DNA of 64,000 bases from Candidatus Dormiibacterota bacterium (GTDB taxonomy: Bacteria; Chloroflexota; Dormibacteria; Aeolococcales; Aeolococcaceae), in contig CAVPXI010000014.1 of the NCBI GenBank assembly GCA_963709585.1, positions 288,001 to 352,000 of the forward strand. Direction: 5' to 3'. Below, one piece after another: positions 62,413 to 64,000 of this stretch. Both the position numbers and the translations under genes were made by a program. Within the stretch, counting starts at the first letter, position 1; every line of letters begins with the position of its first letter. The notes beneath the pieces are model-generated. The model saw only the letters and a program-made list of their open reading frames with translations. It made no database searches and was not told where the DNA came from.

Positions 62413-63477
62413 GTGTCGATCTCGGGTTCTGCTCGCCGTGGGCGTCTGCTCCGGGCGGCGATCACCAGCGTCGTCACCGTCCTGGTGCTTCTGCTCGTCT
62501 GGCGGCTGTTCGGCGGGAACCACCTCCGCTGGCAGGGCATCAACCCGTCGGTTGGATCGATCGCGCTGGCCGCCTTCGGCGCCTCATGTTTCCTCGTGGG
62601 CCGCGCGTGGCGGTTCGCGGCGCTGCTCCCGAGGCGCCGGGGGAGTTCGCGAGAGCTGCTCGGCGCCACGGCGGCATCGTGGGGAGCCGGCCTGTTGCTG
62701 CCCGGACCATCTGCCGACATCACGTTCGTCGCCCTGGCGAGGACACGATTCGGCGTCGGCGTCGCGCGAGGGTCGGGAAGCGCGATCGTGGCTCGAATCC
62801 TCGACGTCGTCAGTCTCTCCCTGATCGCGGTTGTCGCGGCCATCTTCACGGGAGCCCATGTCCACCCCGCGGTCATCCTGGCGGCCGCACTGGCGTTCGG
62901 CGTCGGTCTGGGCGTGCTGCTCTCGCTGATCATTCCCGGACCTCGGTCCCTGGTGACAAGGCTTGCGGCGCGGATTCCGAGGCTCGCCGGCGTCGCCGCC
63001 CGTGCTGAGGCCGAGCTCGATGTGCTCAACAGCCGCGCACGGTGGGCGAACCTGGTCGGCAGCACGATCTTCTGCCGGGTCGCCACCGTCATCCAGTACG
63101 CGGCGCTGATGAGCATGGTCGGGCTGCATCTGGGGTTCTGGCAGACGTGGTTCGTCCTGTCGATCCGGACGCTGCTCCTGACCATCCCCATCCAGGGCAT
63201 CGCGGGCATCGGCACCGGTCAGGCGTGGTGGGCTGGAGCGCTGCTCCTCGAAGGCGTCAACGGTTCGCTCGCCGTCGCGGCCGGGTTGACGCTGCAGGCG
63301 ATCGACCTTGCGGTCTCCCTGCCGGTGGCGGGCATCGGCAGCACGCTGCTCTTCCGCCGCAACCGGGACCGCTCTGCCGAGGACCCCGGCGACGACGACG
63401 TCAGCGATGAGAAGCCGGGGCGTGACGTGGTGGGGACGCCAACCCCGCCGTCACGCGAGCCCCTTCACGTCGCCTGA
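62413..63477 (+). CDS. Lysylphosphatidylglycerol-synthase-TM / flippase-like membrane protein
   Basis: R..D and P..G..G.G motifs; ~8 TM helices; divergent from sqdB. Confidence 0.68.
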   Translation: MSISGSARRGRLLRAAITSVVTVLVLLLVWRLFGGNHLRWQGINPSVGSIALAAFGASCFLVGRAWRFAALLPRRRGSSRELLGATAASWGAGLLLPGPSADITFVALARTRFGVGVARGSGSAIVARILDVVSLSLIAVVAAIFTGAHVHPAVILAAALAFGVGLGVLLSLIIPGPRSLVTRLAARIPRLAGVAARAEAELDVLNSRARWANLVGSTIFCRVATVIQYAALMSMVGLHLGFWQTWFVLSIRTLLLTIPIQGIAGIGTGQAWWAGALLLEGVNGSLAVAAGLTLQAIDLAVSLPVAGIGSTLLFRRNRDRSAEDPGDDDVSDEKPGRDVVGTPTPPSREPLHVA

Positions 63478-63513
63478 GACCGCTCAAGCAACTCACCACC
63501 TGGAGGCGCACCC

Positions 63514-64000
63514 ATGCCCTTGATCGATCGCGACGGTGAATACGACGTTGTCGTCGTCGGGGCAGGATCGACCGGCGAGAACGTCGCGGGGCGCATCGTC
63601 AAGGGCGGGCTGACCTGCGCGGTGGTCGAGAACGAGCTGGTCGGCGGTGACTGCTCGTACTGGGCGTGCATGCCGAGCAAGGCACTGCTCCGGAGCGGTC
63701 AGGTGCTTCGTGCCGCGCTGGCGGTGGACGGCGCCCGCCAGGCCGTGACCGGGACGATCGACAGCGCGGCCGTCCTCAAACGGCGGGACAGCTTCGCTTC
63801 TCACTGGAAGGACGACAGCCAGGTCCAGTGGCTGGAACGGCACCACATCGATCTCGCCCGCGGGCGGGGACGGCTGGCCGGCGAGCGCCGGGTCACCGTC
63901 ACCCCACCAGACGGACCCGAGTACACGCTCAGCGCCCGCTACGCGGTGGCCCTCTGCACTGGCAGCAGGGCGGCGATCCCACCGATTCCGGGCATCGAAA
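63514..64000 (+). CDS. Pyridine nucleotide-disulfide oxidoreductase (partial)
   Basis: Manual translation gives GAGSTGE and GGDCSYWACMPSKAL. Confidence 0.88.
   Translation, partial: MPLIDRDGEYDVVVVGAGSTGENVAGRIVKGGLTCAVVENELVGGDCSYWACMPSKALLRSGQVLRAALAVDGARQAVTGTIDSAAVLKRRDSFASHWKDDSQVQWLERHHIDLARGRGRLAGERRVTVTPPDGPEYTLSARYAVALCTGSRAAIPPIPGIE

Overview
High-GC bacterial chromosome segment. The gene style suggests a soil actinomycete-like or Dormibacterota/Chloroflexota-like organism, but this is inference only. Left part: the nuoA-I complex I genes, pepN, an mshA-like glycosyltransferase, a cobalamin riboswitch-controlled ECF uptake operon with a near-perfect ~0.8 kb internal duplication, an archaeal-type TyrRS next to trpS, and a complete IS110 element. 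In the IS110, bridge-RNA guide segments, the CT core and a circle-junction promoter can be read directly from the sequence. Middle part: rfbA/rfbD, metG, an rsgA paralogue with a leader peptide, and a 4.5 kb island integrated in tRNA-Gly(TCC). The island carries a truncated integrase, a hairpin-rich non-coding region, a HigBA-like TA pair, an ATPase-TOPRIM (PARIS/OLD-like) gene and a HEPN gene. It is followed by a detoxification cluster that includes a Rox-like monooxygenase with an upstream rifamycin-associated element. Right part: a CHAP hydrolase, rarD, an ATPase, an enoyl-CoA hydratase, proline dehydrogenase, and a UDP-sulfoquinovose synthase cluster with GT2, GT-C and flippase-like genes. 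Many single-base frameshifts, including one in nuoF, point to uncorrected assembly indels.
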